In this document: piece by piece, positions 29,495 through 39,638 of the stretch
Layout of the letters: every line of letters starts with the position of its first letter
How positions within the stretch are numbered: position 1 is the first letter of the stretch
Source of the DNA: Salinispira sp.
Lineage (GTDB): Bacteria; Spirochaetota; Spirochaetia; DSM-27196; Salinispiraceae
Assembly (NCBI GenBank): GCA_965602015.1
Contig: OZ271918.1
Span: 960,001 to 1,024,000 of the forward strand
Direction: 5' to 3'
Length of the DNA stretch: 64,000 nucleotides
Made by a program: the position numbers and the translations under genes
Notes under the pieces: generated by a model
The model's database searches: none
The model's input: the letters and a program-made list of their open reading frames with translations, nothing else
Told to the model about the DNA's origin: nothing

Positions 29495-30207
29495 AACCTG
29501 TATTCTAATCCCTGAGGCCGGGCAATGAAACGGACGAGGCCGTTTTTGTCCACGAGTTCGATTTCCCGGTCTACTATTTCAGCGGCGATCTCGAAGCTGC
29601 GTTGGGAATAAAAGTGAACATGGGTGCTGTCATCCTTGTACCACCATTTTTCGAAGCCGGTTTTGTCAGGCGGGTAGAACATGGTCCCCACAGAAAGGAA
29701 TCCGTCTGACCCCAGCAGGGAAGCAAGCCTGCCCAGGGTCTTCCCCGGATTGTGCAGGTGCTCAAACACTTCATTCGAAAATATGGCGTTGAAACCCGGC
29801 AAACCCTTGGCGGCCAGGAATATCTCGGGATCATCGGGAAGAAAGAACGGATCGTAGGAGCACAGTATCAAGCCGGGGAATGTATCGGAGAGAATTCTCT
29901 CCAATGCCCTGGTGGGACCGCAACCGAAGTCAAGGAGCACATCACCAGGCTTCAGCCAGGGCAGCAGAATTTGACCTGCGATGGACAGTATGTAGTTCCG
30001 GTACCCCTCGTTGTTCGGGTCGTTATTGTGTTGCCGATAGCGGCGGCGTTCGCTTTCCCGTTTGGGCAGGGCTTCTTTGCGAACCGTAGTGCAGCGCGGG
30101 CAGCGCAGGTATGACAGGCCTCTGGCTTCCATCCAGTGTTCTGTCGTGCCTCCGCACAATCGGCATTGGTACCGGTCGGCAGCTGAAGTGTTGGTCACTT
30201 TTCCCAT
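29491..30207 (-). CDS. Class I SAM methyltransferase with an N-terminal Zn ribbon
   Basis: CRLC...CPRC, LDFGCG, EVFEH, DSTHV; start is uncertain (30207 or 30252). Confidence 0.85.
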   Translation of the reverse strand: MGKVTNTSAADRYQCRLCGGTTEHWMEARGLSYLRCPRCTTVRKEALPKRESERRRYRQHNNDPNNEGYRNYILSIAGQILLPWLKPGDVLLDFGCGPTRALERILSDTFPGLILCSYDPFFLPDDPEIFLAAKGLPGFNAIFSNEVFEHLHNPGKTLGRLASLLGSDGFLSVGTMFYPPDKTGFEKWWYKDDSTHVHFYSQRSFEIAAEIVDREIELVDKNGLVRFIARPQGLEYRL

Positions 30208-30269
30208 TTCCTCATCGCCATCAACTATACTGGTATATGGGATAGTCGCCAACGCAGCAGGGAGTGAGT

Positions 30270-30623
30270 ATGTCAGGTAAAGCCGATCATTTTCTGAAAC
30301 TATTGAAGGTGGAGTTCGATGACATTCACGAGGACATCGGTCTCCTCGAAGCGGTCAGCATGGACCGCCTGAAGAATGCCGAAATTACGAATTACGTGTA
30401 CCACGAGAACTATGTGGTCTTTGAGCAGGAGAGACGGGCGGTTCACAGCCTGGCAAAGATCCTGGATGAGGCTGCCTGGGGCGGATATGAAGACCCCCGG
30501 TTGCTGCGCGATGATTTGCTCGACCACTTTGAAAAGAAAATTCATGAGTTGCAGCACCCCCCGGCGGTCATGTCGATGATCCGGCGCAAGATAGAAAAAA
30601 TTCATCAGTTTATCCTTTCATGA
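30270..30623 (+). CDS. Hypothetical helical protein
   Basis: ORF with GGAG RBS; EITNYVYHEN segment; no function recognised. Confidence 0.6.
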   Translation: MSGKADHFLKLLKVEFDDIHEDIGLLEAVSMDRLKNAEITNYVYHENYVVFEQERRAVHSLAKILDEAAWGGYEDPRLLRDDLLDHFEKKIHELQHPPAVMSMIRRKIEKIHQFILS

Positions 30624-30670
30624 TCCCGCAGGGCACGGTATGATGGCCCCTTGAAGGAGAACTGCATATA

Positions 30671-32131
30671 ATGTCCCAGTCCATACTCGAAAATGAACCT
30701 ACAATACTCTGGAAGGAGTTTGCCGCCATATCAGCCATTCCCCGCTGTTCAAAATGCGAGGACGAGGTAGTGGCCTATATTATCTCACAGGCGGAAGCCC
30801 GGGGCCACGAGATCCGCCGGGATCCAATCGGCAATGTCGTTGTGGCGATCCCGGCAACGCCGGGGCATGAAAGCACTCCGGGAATCGTCGTCCAGGGCCA
30901 TGTCGACATGGTGTGTGAGCAAAATAGCGGCACGGGCCACGATTTCGCTCGCGACCCCATTTCCCTTGTGGTCGACGGTGAATGGCTCAAGGCCAAGGGT
31001 ACGACCCTCGGTGCGGATAACGGCATCGCCGTGGCAGCCATGCTTGCCCTCATAAACTCCGACGAGATCCAACACGGTCCGCTTGAGCTCCTGTTCACCA
31101 TCGATGAGGAAACCGGACTCACCGGCGCAATTGAACTGGATCCCTCAATAATCACTCACAAACGCATGATAAATCTCGACAGCGAAGAGGAAGGCATCTT
31201 CTACATCGGATGCGCGGGAGGAAAGGAAACCATTGGAACACTTCCCGTTCAGCACGAAAAAGCCCCGGAAGGACTGGCCATGGGTCGCATCGCGATTACC
31301 GGCCTCAACGGCGGCCACTCGGGATCGGACATCCACAAGCAGTTGGGGAACTCCCTGGTGCTTGCCGCCCGAATCCTGCGGGAACTCCCTCTGGATAGCC
31401 TTCACCTGGTCGACGTCCGGGGAGGCGATAAACACAACGCAATCCCCAGGGAAGCCTTTATTGATTTTCTCTGCCCTGAGAATCTCGCCGCCGGCATCCG
31501 TTCGACAATCAAAACGCTGGAAACATCGTTCAAAGCGGAATTCGGCAAGACCGAAAGCGGATTATCAGTGGCGCTTGAGCTCTCCAGCGGGGGAGAAGAT
31601 TACCCGTCGACAGTGCTGTCCGGTGCATCGGCAAAGACCCTGGCTACCATGATGTACTGCATTCCCCACGGAGTTCAGACCATGAGCCGTGCCATTCCCG
31701 GCCTGGTATCTACGAGCACCAATTTTGCGTCGCTGCGGATTTCCCAGGGGCAGGTTAAAATTCTTACGAGCCAGAGATCGGACATTCAGAGCCAATCCGA
31801 CGATATCGCGAACCGGGTCGCCAGCGCATTCCTCCTGGCGGGGGGAAATGCGGAATTTACCCGTGAATACCCCGGCTGGGAACCGGATCCGGATTCAGCC
31901 CTTCTGGCCAGCGCCGTTACTGCATACCAGAAAAAAAACGGCAAGAAACCGATAATCACATCGATTCACGCAGGTCTGGAATGCGGAGTTATCGGAGCCA
32001 AGTGCGGCGGAATGGAAATGATCTCCCTCGGCCCAGACATCAGAGGGGCTCATACTCCTGAAGAGCGGGTCCATATCGCGTCGACCGCCAGGGTTTTCGA
32101 GTTTTTTACCGAGCTTTTGACGGCACTGTAG
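30671..32131 (+). CDS. pepD: Aminoacyl-histidine dipeptidase (M20C)
   Basis: QGHVDMV, LGADNG, DEETG, NLDSEE, GGHSG, HAGLECG. Confidence 0.95.
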   Translation: MSQSILENEPTILWKEFAAISAIPRCSKCEDEVVAYIISQAEARGHEIRRDPIGNVVVAIPATPGHESTPGIVVQGHVDMVCEQNSGTGHDFARDPISLVVDGEWLKAKGTTLGADNGIAVAAMLALINSDEIQHGPLELLFTIDEETGLTGAIELDPSIITHKRMINLDSEEEGIFYIGCAGGKETIGTLPVQHEKAPEGLAMGRIAITGLNGGHSGSDIHKQLGNSLVLAARILRELPLDSLHLVDVRGGDKHNAIPREAFIDFLCPENLAAGIRSTIKTLETSFKAEFGKTESGLSVALELSSGGEDYPSTVLSGASAKTLATMMYCIPHGVQTMSRAIPGLVSTSTNFASLRISQGQVKILTSQRSDIQSQSDDIANRVASAFLLAGGNAEFTREYPGWEPDPDSALLASAVTAYQKKNGKKPIITSIHAGLECGVIGAKCGGMEMISLGPDIRGAHTPEERVHIASTARVFEFFTELLTAL

Positions 32132-32256
32132 AGCTCGGGCAACAAACGTTAACGCATCTCCATGAGTAAAGGCCTGTGGCGATTCCCGTTTTTTCTGGAA
32201 ATCCGGTCTTAGACCGTTTATAGTTTTACCACAGGAACCGATAAGCAGGACGGACT

Positions 32257-33825
32257 ATGGGCATCGGAGAATTACGCAAATTAGTGGAAACGCTCCCAAG
32301 CGATTCGGAAATCCGCACGGAATTCCATGAAGTGGTTCGCTATGTGCGGCGCATAAAAGACGAGAAAACCGACCTCAATAATCGCAATCAGGAGCTGCTC
32401 AAGCTGCTCCAGGAAGAGCAGCGCAGGCATGAGGATCTCAGCTATCGGGCTCTCATAAATCGCATAACCGGGCTTCCCAATCATCAAAAGCTCACGGTGG
32501 ACCTGGAAGAACTGCTGGGGGGGCACCGGGACGAGCTCGACCGCAACCCCGGAGCGCTTATAATTCTACGGCTCGACCGCAGCTTCGTGGGCATTCAAAG
32601 CACCCTCAAGCCCCAAATGACTGAATGGATTCTCTATCAAATCTCCAACCGCTTTCGGGAAATGCTTTCCGATTCAATGAGCATATACCATAACCGGGAA
32701 GACGAGTTTGCCATACTCCTGCGGAAATACAACAGCATGAAAGATGTCATGAGGTTCGCCCGGTCCCTTCGCCGTGAGGTCAAAAAACCCCATGTCCTCT
32801 CGGGCTACAACATCCACCTGGACTGTCATGTGGGCGTCGCCCTGCTTCCCCAACACGGCCGGGAGAAGGGGCTGCTGCTTCAAAATGCCGATATCGCCCT
32901 GCAATTCGCCGAGGAGCGGGGCAAGGAGGCGGTGCTTTTTTATGAAAAGCTGCGGGAGCAGGTCGTGGAAAAGATGGACCTTCAAAACAGCATCCTGCGC
33001 GCCCTGGAACAGCAGGCAATCGATGAAATTGGACGGCAGTTCGAAATTTACTACCAACCGATCATCAACCTTGAGAGCGCTGATGACCCGGGAGAGCTCG
33101 GGCTTGATGACGCCGGGAGCTGGAACTTCGCCCAGGTTGGTGCCGAAGCCCTCATCCGCTGGCATCATCCCCAAAAAGGAACCATTTCACCGGACCGCTT
33201 TATTCCCCTTGCCGAGGAAACCGGACTTATAATTCCCATAGGCAACTGGGTTATCTACAATGTGGCTGCCCAAATCCGGGCCTGGAAGGACAAGGGACTG
33301 GAGGTGGGCCCGGTTTCGGTTAATATTTCCCCCCGGCAGTTCCACTCTGATACCTTTCTTCACACGGTCCGCACCGCCATGAAAAACAATGGTCTTAGCA
33401 GCGATTCCTTTCGCTTTGAAATTACCGAAACCAGCATTGCCCAGGACCCCGGGGCGATGGTGGGAACCATGTGGGACCTTCACCGCGAAGGGGTGTACTT
33501 CTATATTGACGATTTCGGAACCGGATACTCAAGCCTGAGCTACGTGCACCAAATGCCTGTCAAGAAAATTAAAATTGATAAATCCTTCATCATGAATCTC
33601 TCCCGGGACGGCCGGGAACGGACCATTGTCAGGACGATTATCGCAATGGGCAAGGAACTCGGTCTCGGTCTGGTAGCCGAAGGTGTTGAACATATGGAGC
33701 ACCTGAGCTACCTCCTCGGGGCCGGCGTCAGAAGTTTTCAGGGCTACCTTTTTTCCCGTCCCCTTCCGGCGGAACGCTTCGAAAACTATGTAACCAAGCG
33801 AAAATACTTCAAAACCGCAGAATAA
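32257..33825 (+). CDS. Degenerate GGDEF plus EAL c-di-GMP phosphodiesterase
   Basis: REDEF in place of GGDEF; intact EAL, DDFGTGYSS, EGVE and QGY. Confidence 0.9.
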   Translation: MGIGELRKLVETLPSDSEIRTEFHEVVRYVRRIKDEKTDLNNRNQELLKLLQEEQRRHEDLSYRALINRITGLPNHQKLTVDLEELLGGHRDELDRNPGALIILRLDRSFVGIQSTLKPQMTEWILYQISNRFREMLSDSMSIYHNREDEFAILLRKYNSMKDVMRFARSLRREVKKPHVLSGYNIHLDCHVGVALLPQHGREKGLLLQNADIALQFAEERGKEAVLFYEKLREQVVEKMDLQNSILRALEQQAIDEIGRQFEIYYQPIINLESADDPGELGLDDAGSWNFAQVGAEALIRWHHPQKGTISPDRFIPLAEETGLIIPIGNWVIYNVAAQIRAWKDKGLEVGPVSVNISPRQFHSDTFLHTVRTAMKNNGLSSDSFRFEITETSIAQDPGAMVGTMWDLHREGVYFYIDDFGTGYSSLSYVHQMPVKKIKIDKSFIMNLSRDGRERTIVRTIIAMGKELGLGLVAEGVEHMEHLSYLLGAGVRSFQGYLFSRPLPAERFENYVTKRKYFKTAE

Positions 33826-33927
33826 GGCGGTTTTTTTATGTGAATTCCGTAAAAAATCTATTCGCTCGGTTGACAGAAGTAAAAAACCGGGCTTTATTTA
33901 TTGTCATACTTCACGCAGGAGGCGTAC

Positions 33928-34029
33928 ATGATCAATACAGCATATTTTTCCCGCGATAAGCGCAATGGTGCTGGGGCAGTCAACGATGATTATGGCTTCC
34001 GGCGTATTCACCTAACCCCCATGGGTTAA
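33928..34029 (+). CDS. Putative 33-aa leader peptide upstream of the ABC exporter
   Basis: AGGAGG RBS then MINTAYFSRDKRNGAGAVNDDYGFRRIHLTPMG*; TTGACA at 33870. Confidence 0.55.
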   Translation: MINTAYFSRDKRNGAGAVNDDYGFRRIHLTPMG

Positions 34030-34142
34030 CTTTTTACACGCCAATCCATACATCATCTATTCTCCTCATTACCCCCTTCAGTTGTTTCAGCGCATAGCTG
34101 TATCTGTGCTGCTGTATTGTTCTGCTTTACCAGGATTTTGTT

Positions 34143-36035
34143 ATGAAGAAACTACGTGCAATACTGAAAATTCTCAAAAGTCACCGCTATGTCTATGTGC
34201 TTGCGCTGCTGGGAATCGCCATCGGGACCTTTTTCTCGTACACCGGTCCCCTGGTCATTAAAACAACCATCGACAGCGTGCTCGGCGATGTGGCCCTTGA
34301 CGGCGGCTTGTTTATCGACCGGATTTTCCTTGCCCTTGGCGGCCGGGAAGTCCTGCGCAGCCGCCTGTGGGTTCCGGCGCTCTTTCTCGCGTTAATCGTC
34401 GGTCTGCAGGGTGTGTTTACCTTCGCCAGCCGGAGCCTGGCAAGCGTCGCCGCCGAAGGCAGCGTGCGGAAGCTGCGGAACCGCCTCATGGTGCATCTGC
34501 AGAAGCAGGAGTTTAATTACTTCAACAACGCCAGCACCGGAGACCTTATTCAGCGCTGCACCAGCGATGTGGACACCATCCGGCGCTTTCTGCAGACCCA
34601 GTTTGTGGAGATCGGCAACACCATGATCATGCTGGTTATCGCCCTGAGCCTGATGTTCAGCATTCACCGGCCTTTGGCCATGCTGACCCTGCCGATCATT
34701 CCGGTGACCGTAGGTTTTTCCTATTTCTTCTTCAAGCGTGTGCAGCAAACCTTCACCGTCAGCGATGAAAGCGAGGGAAAGCTGTCGGCAATGCTCTCCG
34801 AGCATCTGACCGGCGTACGGGTGGTAAAGGCATTTGGTCGGGAACGTCATGAGATTGACCGCTTTGATGTGCTTAACCGGGACTACCGGGACGTAACCCA
34901 GAAGCTCATCGATCTGCTTGCCATGTACTGGTCGGTGACCAGCCTGTTCAGCATGGGCCAGGTAGTGCTGGTGCTGAGCATGGGAAGCATCTGGGCCGTT
35001 CAGGGCAGCGTGACGTTGGGGGTTCTTCAGGTGTTCATCAGCTATGTCTGGATGATTCTCTGGCCGCTGAGGCAGATGGGACGGATTCTGGTGGACATGG
35101 GCAAGGCCTTTGTCTCGGTTGGGCGCATCGAGGAAATCTTCGACAGCGAGCCCGAGGACCTGCACTCTGCCGCCCGACGGCGGAAAATCCGGGGCAGCAT
35201 TCGCTTTGAGGATGTGAGTTTTACCTACCCCGGTGAACATAACCTGCCGGTTCTAAAGAACCTTACCTTCGAAGTGGCTCCGGGTGAGACCCTCGGAATC
35301 CTCGGACCCACGGGTTCGGGAAAAACGAGCATACTTCACCTGCTCGCCGGCCTGTATCACGGCTATGAGGGCCGGATACTGATCGACGGCGTGGAACTGA
35401 GAGATTTGAATCTGGCGGATTACCGCCGCCAGCTTGGATATGTGCTCCAGGAACCGTTTCTGTTTAGCGGGAGCATAAAGAAAAACATTCGCATGGGTCG
35501 GGCTGACGCCCTCATGCGGGATATAGAGCATGTGGCCAGGGAGGCCGAAATGCACAGCGTTATTGATGAATTTGATATGAAATACTTAACGGTGGTGGGA
35601 GAGCGGGGAGTAACACTCTCGGGCGGACAGAAGCAGCGTCTCGCCATCGCCCGTGCGATGGTCAAGGGAGTGCCTATCTATCTGTTCGACGACAGCCTCT
35701 CGGCCCTGGATGCGGAAACCGACGCTCGGATCCGCAACAATCTGCTGAGCAGAGATGAGCGGGCGACCACCATGATCGTCAGTCACCGCCTGAGCACCAT
35801 CGCCGGCGCCGACCGCATTATGGTTCTGGAACACGGCGCAATAAGCCAGCTCGGCAGCCATGAAGAGCTTAGCGCGGAGCCCGGGCTCTACGCCCGGCTC
35901 TGGGATCTCCAGCGCAACGGGTCCATGGAAGGCGGCGAAGGCAAGGATTCCGACGGAAACGGCGAAGCATCGTCGAAAAAGAAGAAAGGCGGACTGTCGC
36001 CAACCGCGCCTCTTACGTTGAGGCGGGCCCTGTAA
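34143..36035 (+). CDS. ABC exporter subunit (TMD+NBD) with a degenerate Walker B
   Basis: GPTGSGKT, LSGGQ, YLFDD. Confidence 0.92.
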   Translation: MKKLRAILKILKSHRYVYVLALLGIAIGTFFSYTGPLVIKTTIDSVLGDVALDGGLFIDRIFLALGGREVLRSRLWVPALFLALIVGLQGVFTFASRSLASVAAEGSVRKLRNRLMVHLQKQEFNYFNNASTGDLIQRCTSDVDTIRRFLQTQFVEIGNTMIMLVIALSLMFSIHRPLAMLTLPIIPVTVGFSYFFFKRVQQTFTVSDESEGKLSAMLSEHLTGVRVVKAFGRERHEIDRFDVLNRDYRDVTQKLIDLLAMYWSVTSLFSMGQVVLVLSMGSIWAVQGSVTLGVLQVFISYVWMILWPLRQMGRILVDMGKAFVSVGRIEEIFDSEPEDLHSAARRRKIRGSIRFEDVSFTYPGEHNLPVLKNLTFEVAPGETLGILGPTGSGKTSILHLLAGLYHGYEGRILIDGVELRDLNLADYRRQLGYVLQEPFLFSGSIKKNIRMGRADALMRDIEHVAREAEMHSVIDEFDMKYLTVVGERGVTLSGGQKQRLAIARAMVKGVPIYLFDDSLSALDAETDARIRNNLLSRDERATTMIVSHRLSTIAGADRIMVLEHGAISQLGSHEELSAEPGLYARLWDLQRNGSMEGGEGKDSDGNGEASSKKKKGGLSPTAPLTLRRAL

Positions 36036-36051
36036 ACGAGGATAGTACACT

Positions 36052-37887
36052 ATGAAACCGACTGACAACAGAAAACGCGACACCCGGCGGGCCAACCTGG
36101 AAATGTGGAAGAGTCTATTGGTCTACGCCCGGGAATACCGGGGGCGAATCGCCATCCTCATCCTTGTGATGCTGGTGGTGGCGGGCATCGACCTGATATT
36201 TCCGCTTATGACAAAGATGGCCGTCGACCGCTTCGTCATTCCCCGCAGCACCGAGGGGATAGGTCTATTTGCCGCCGGCTTTTTCGCCCTGTCGGCCCTG
36301 CAGGCCTTTAACGTCTATCTGCTGATCCACCTCGGCGGCGTCATCGAAATGGGCCTGGTGTACCGTCTGCGGGAACGGGGATTCGAGAAGCTTCAGCGCC
36401 TGTCTTTCGAGTATTTCGATAAAAAGGCTTCGGGCTGGCTGTTAACCCGAATGACCAGCGACTGCCAACGCCTTGGTGAAGTAATTTCCTGGGGCATTGT
36501 TGATATGGTCTGGGGCCTTACCTTTATGTTCGGGGTGGCGGTTACCATGCTCGTGCTAAACTTCCGGCTCGGTATTGTCATCCTGACAGTGGTGCCGGTT
36601 CTGGCAGTAGCCAGTTACTACTTCCAGACGAAGATTCTCAAGAGCCAACGGCTGGTGAGGAAGAATAATTCCCGGATTTCCGCGGCGTACTCCGAGGGTA
36701 TCCAGGGAGGGCCCACCGTCAAGGTGCTTGCCAGGGAGAAGGAGAGCGCTGAAGAATTTGCCGCGCTCACTAACAGGATGAAGAAAACCTCGGTCATTTC
36801 TGCACGGTTTTCCGCACTCTATCTGCCGGTGGTGCTGTTTCTCGGATCCGTCGGTACGGCGCTTGCCCTGAGTTACGGCGGAATTATGATCCAAAACGAG
36901 GTGATTACCTTCGGTACCCTCTTAGCGTTTATATCCTATACCCTGCAGTTCTTCGATCCTTTGAATGAGATCGCCAGGGTGGTCAGCGAAATGCAGTCTG
37001 CCAGGGCTGCCGGCGAGCGGATACTCTCGCTCATCCACACCAAGGCTAAAATCATCGATACGGCTCCGGTTGAGGCGATGTACGGTACCGTTGTGGATCC
37101 AAAGGCCGATAATTGGCCGAAGCTTGAAGGAGAAATCGAATTCCGCAGGGTGACCTTTACCTATGACGGGGGACAGACAGTCTTGAAAGATTTTGATCTG
37201 ACCATACCCGCGGGGCAGACCCTGGCCCTGGTCGGGGCGACCGGAAGCGGTAAAACAACAATCGTAAATCTGGTCTGCCGGTTCTACGAGCCCAGTGACG
37301 GTCAGATTCTCATCGACGGGAAGGATTACCGCGAACTGGGCCTCCCGGCGCTGAGGGGGAACCTCGGTTATGTTCTGCAGGCGCCCCAGCTGTTTAATAT
37401 CAGCATCAGGGAGAACATACGATACGGTAATTTGACTGCCAGCGATGAGGATGTGGAACGGGCGGCCCGTCTGGCCAATGCCCACGATTTCATCAGCGAT
37501 ATCGATGAAGGATACGAAGCCCTGGTGGGCGAGGGGGGAAACCATCTCTCGACGGGACAGAAGCAGCTTATCAGCCTGGCCCGGGCCATCCTCGCCGATC
37601 CGGCCATCATAGTCCTGGATGAGGCGACCAGTTCCGTGGATCCCGAAACCGAGAAGCTGATACAGGAAGCCATTCATACGGTGCTCAACGGGAGAACGAG
37701 TTTTGTCATTGCCCACAGGCTGTCGACCATTCGGGAAGCCGACCGCATTCTGGTCATCGAAAAAGGCCGGATTATTGAGGACGGAGATCACGACAGTCTT
37801 ATTGCCGCCGACGGACACTATGCGGCGATGTACCGAAGGCAGTTTATGGAAGAACAGGAGTTCCGGGTTCTCAGCGAAACCCGCTAG
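36052..37887 (+). CDS. ABC exporter partner subunit (TMD+NBD)
   Basis: GATGSGKT, LSTGQ, VLDEATS, AHRLST. Confidence 0.92.
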   Translation: MKPTDNRKRDTRRANLEMWKSLLVYAREYRGRIAILILVMLVVAGIDLIFPLMTKMAVDRFVIPRSTEGIGLFAAGFFALSALQAFNVYLLIHLGGVIEMGLVYRLRERGFEKLQRLSFEYFDKKASGWLLTRMTSDCQRLGEVISWGIVDMVWGLTFMFGVAVTMLVLNFRLGIVILTVVPVLAVASYYFQTKILKSQRLVRKNNSRISAAYSEGIQGGPTVKVLAREKESAEEFAALTNRMKKTSVISARFSALYLPVVLFLGSVGTALALSYGGIMIQNEVITFGTLLAFISYTLQFFDPLNEIARVVSEMQSARAAGERILSLIHTKAKIIDTAPVEAMYGTVVDPKADNWPKLEGEIEFRRVTFTYDGGQTVLKDFDLTIPAGQTLALVGATGSGKTTIVNLVCRFYEPSDGQILIDGKDYRELGLPALRGNLGYVLQAPQLFNISIRENIRYGNLTASDEDVERAARLANAHDFISDIDEGYEALVGEGGNHLSTGQKQLISLARAILADPAIIVLDEATSSVDPETEKLIQEAIHTVLNGRTSFVIAHRLSTIREADRILVIEKGRIIEDGDHDSLIAADGHYAAMYRRQFMEEQEFRVLSETR

Positions 37888-37961
37888 CATACTGCGGCGG
37901 CTCGAGACGGGCCGCCGCCTTCGCTCTTGAAACCGGGCATCTGTGGCTGTATGCTCTTATC

Positions 37962-39626
37962 ATGGTAAAACTGGGAGATAAAATACTTGCGGTAGGTTCG
38001 GGAAAGGGCGGGGTCGGTAAATCCACCACTGCGCTGAACCTGGCCCTGCTTTCGGCCAGGGGCGGCGAGCGTACTGCCCTCATCGACATGGATCCGTTGT
38101 CGAACCTGGGAACCATTCTTGATTTGCCGGCCGGTCAGCTTGATTCGGTATCAGGGGATTTTTCATCGCATAATCTCGATGATTACCGGCTCAGCATTGT
38201 TCCTTCCCTGGAACTCCTTTTTCCCCTCAGCAGCCACCGAGTCTCAAAAAGCGACAGTGGCGCCGGGCTTCATTCATTGGTTTTTCGTCGATTTGCCGAT
38301 CAACTGGCCCGGGAATACGACCGCATCATACTGGATCTGCCGGCGGGCATTGTGCAGGACGAGAACCTTATCATGCTGCCCGAGCTGCGCCATGTGCTAA
38401 TCGTTACCAACGCCGAGCCCACCAGCCATGTTTCAGCCGGCGGATATATCAAGGCCGCCCTCGAAGTGAATCCCGCGCTTCAGTTTTATATCTGGAATAA
38501 TAAATTCGAAGCCAGCGCCGATCCGTCATTTAATCCCCGGGATCTATGGGGGAACTACAACCGCTATGCCCCGGACGAGCTCATGCTCCCAACGGAATCC
38601 CGTGGCAGCATGAAGCAGGTCGCCTTTATTCCTCCGGACCCCGCATTGAACCTGTTAAAATCCGGCAATGATTACCGGCTCGACATCCTCTATAAAATCC
38701 GCGAAAGCCTGCAGGTCCTTCGCGAACTGGTGGTTTCCCCGGGTCCCGACCGGCTGCTCTCTGCGGTCCAGCGCAAGGCCCTGCGCTTCTATCTTATCAG
38801 GGAATACCAGAATCCTTCGGTGCCCGGCGGCCTTGACTACTGTGCATCCCTGTTCTCCTCGTCACCGGGGGGAGGATTCTCATCCGACGCGGAAGACGCG
38901 GCCCGGGACTACCTGGCGGGAGAAATAAAGAATCCCCTTCTTTCAAGCGTCGGCGATAGTCTGACCATACTGGACTCGATTACCAGGGTGTATGAGCAAT
39001 CGGGCATTCAGTCCGCCGATTTGCGCCGCCAGTTTCCCGTAATGTCCTCCCGCCTCATTAAAAGCTTTTCACTCCTGGACCGTCTTGTTCAACGCAGGGG
39101 AGACCGTTCCCTGGCACGGCGATTTGGGTACATTGATATCCGCATGCTGCGAAATACCCTCGGCCTGGCGTTTTTCTACTATTCGGTATTGCGGCTTTTG
39201 GATTACCAGAAAGTGCAGGCTTTGATTTCCAATTTCGTCCCGAAGAAGCAGCGGGATGGCCGTCCGGTCAGAGACCGGCACCGGCAAATCATGCTTCTGC
39301 TGAAGAAGGACGATCAGTACCACCGCCGCTTTTTTACTCTTATCAAAACCCTTTTTCCCATGGTGGACCGTCAGGTCATCAAACTCGCCAGGAGATGGAA
39401 GCTTGAAACCATCCTCCTTCGCGACGAACGCGGCGAGCTGAGACGGAATGTGTACCTCAAACTGCTGTCCGAGCTCATGCACGACCTCATCAATGCGGGT
39501 CTTGGCATACATGTGGGCATCCGTTTGAACCGGGCGGCCAGGGAAATCGATGCGGGGTGGCAGAAGACCAGGAAACTTATGGATCACTCTCCAAAAGCCG
39601 CAAAAACCGCCGCCGCACCGGCATAG
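37962..39626 (+). CDS. MinD/FlhG/ParA-family ATPase with a long C-terminal extension
   Basis: GKGGVGKST deviant Walker A, IDMD, LDLPAG, EPTS. Confidence 0.8.
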   Translation: MVKLGDKILAVGSGKGGVGKSTTALNLALLSARGGERTALIDMDPLSNLGTILDLPAGQLDSVSGDFSSHNLDDYRLSIVPSLELLFPLSSHRVSKSDSGAGLHSLVFRRFADQLAREYDRIILDLPAGIVQDENLIMLPELRHVLIVTNAEPTSHVSAGGYIKAALEVNPALQFYIWNNKFEASADPSFNPRDLWGNYNRYAPDELMLPTESRGSMKQVAFIPPDPALNLLKSGNDYRLDILYKIRESLQVLRELVVSPGPDRLLSAVQRKALRFYLIREYQNPSVPGGLDYCASLFSSSPGGGFSSDAEDAARDYLAGEIKNPLLSSVGDSLTILDSITRVYEQSGIQSADLRRQFPVMSSRLIKSFSLLDRLVQRRGDRSLARRFGYIDIRMLRNTLGLAFFYYSVLRLLDYQKVQALISNFVPKKQRDGRPVRDRHRQIMLLLKKDDQYHRRFFTLIKTLFPMVDRQVIKLARRWKLETILLRDERGELRRNVYLKLLSELMHDLINAGLGIHVGIRLNRAAREIDAGWQKTRKLMDHSPKAAKTAAAPA

Positions 39627-39638
39627 GACTATTGTCTG

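Noticed and set aside
34392..37890. Long antisense ORFs (34392-35240 and 36922-37890; similarly 43795-44676, 45619-46674 and 48418-49149)
   Set aside because: Shadow frames of well-supported genes in a GC-rich genome, with no recognisable motifs.
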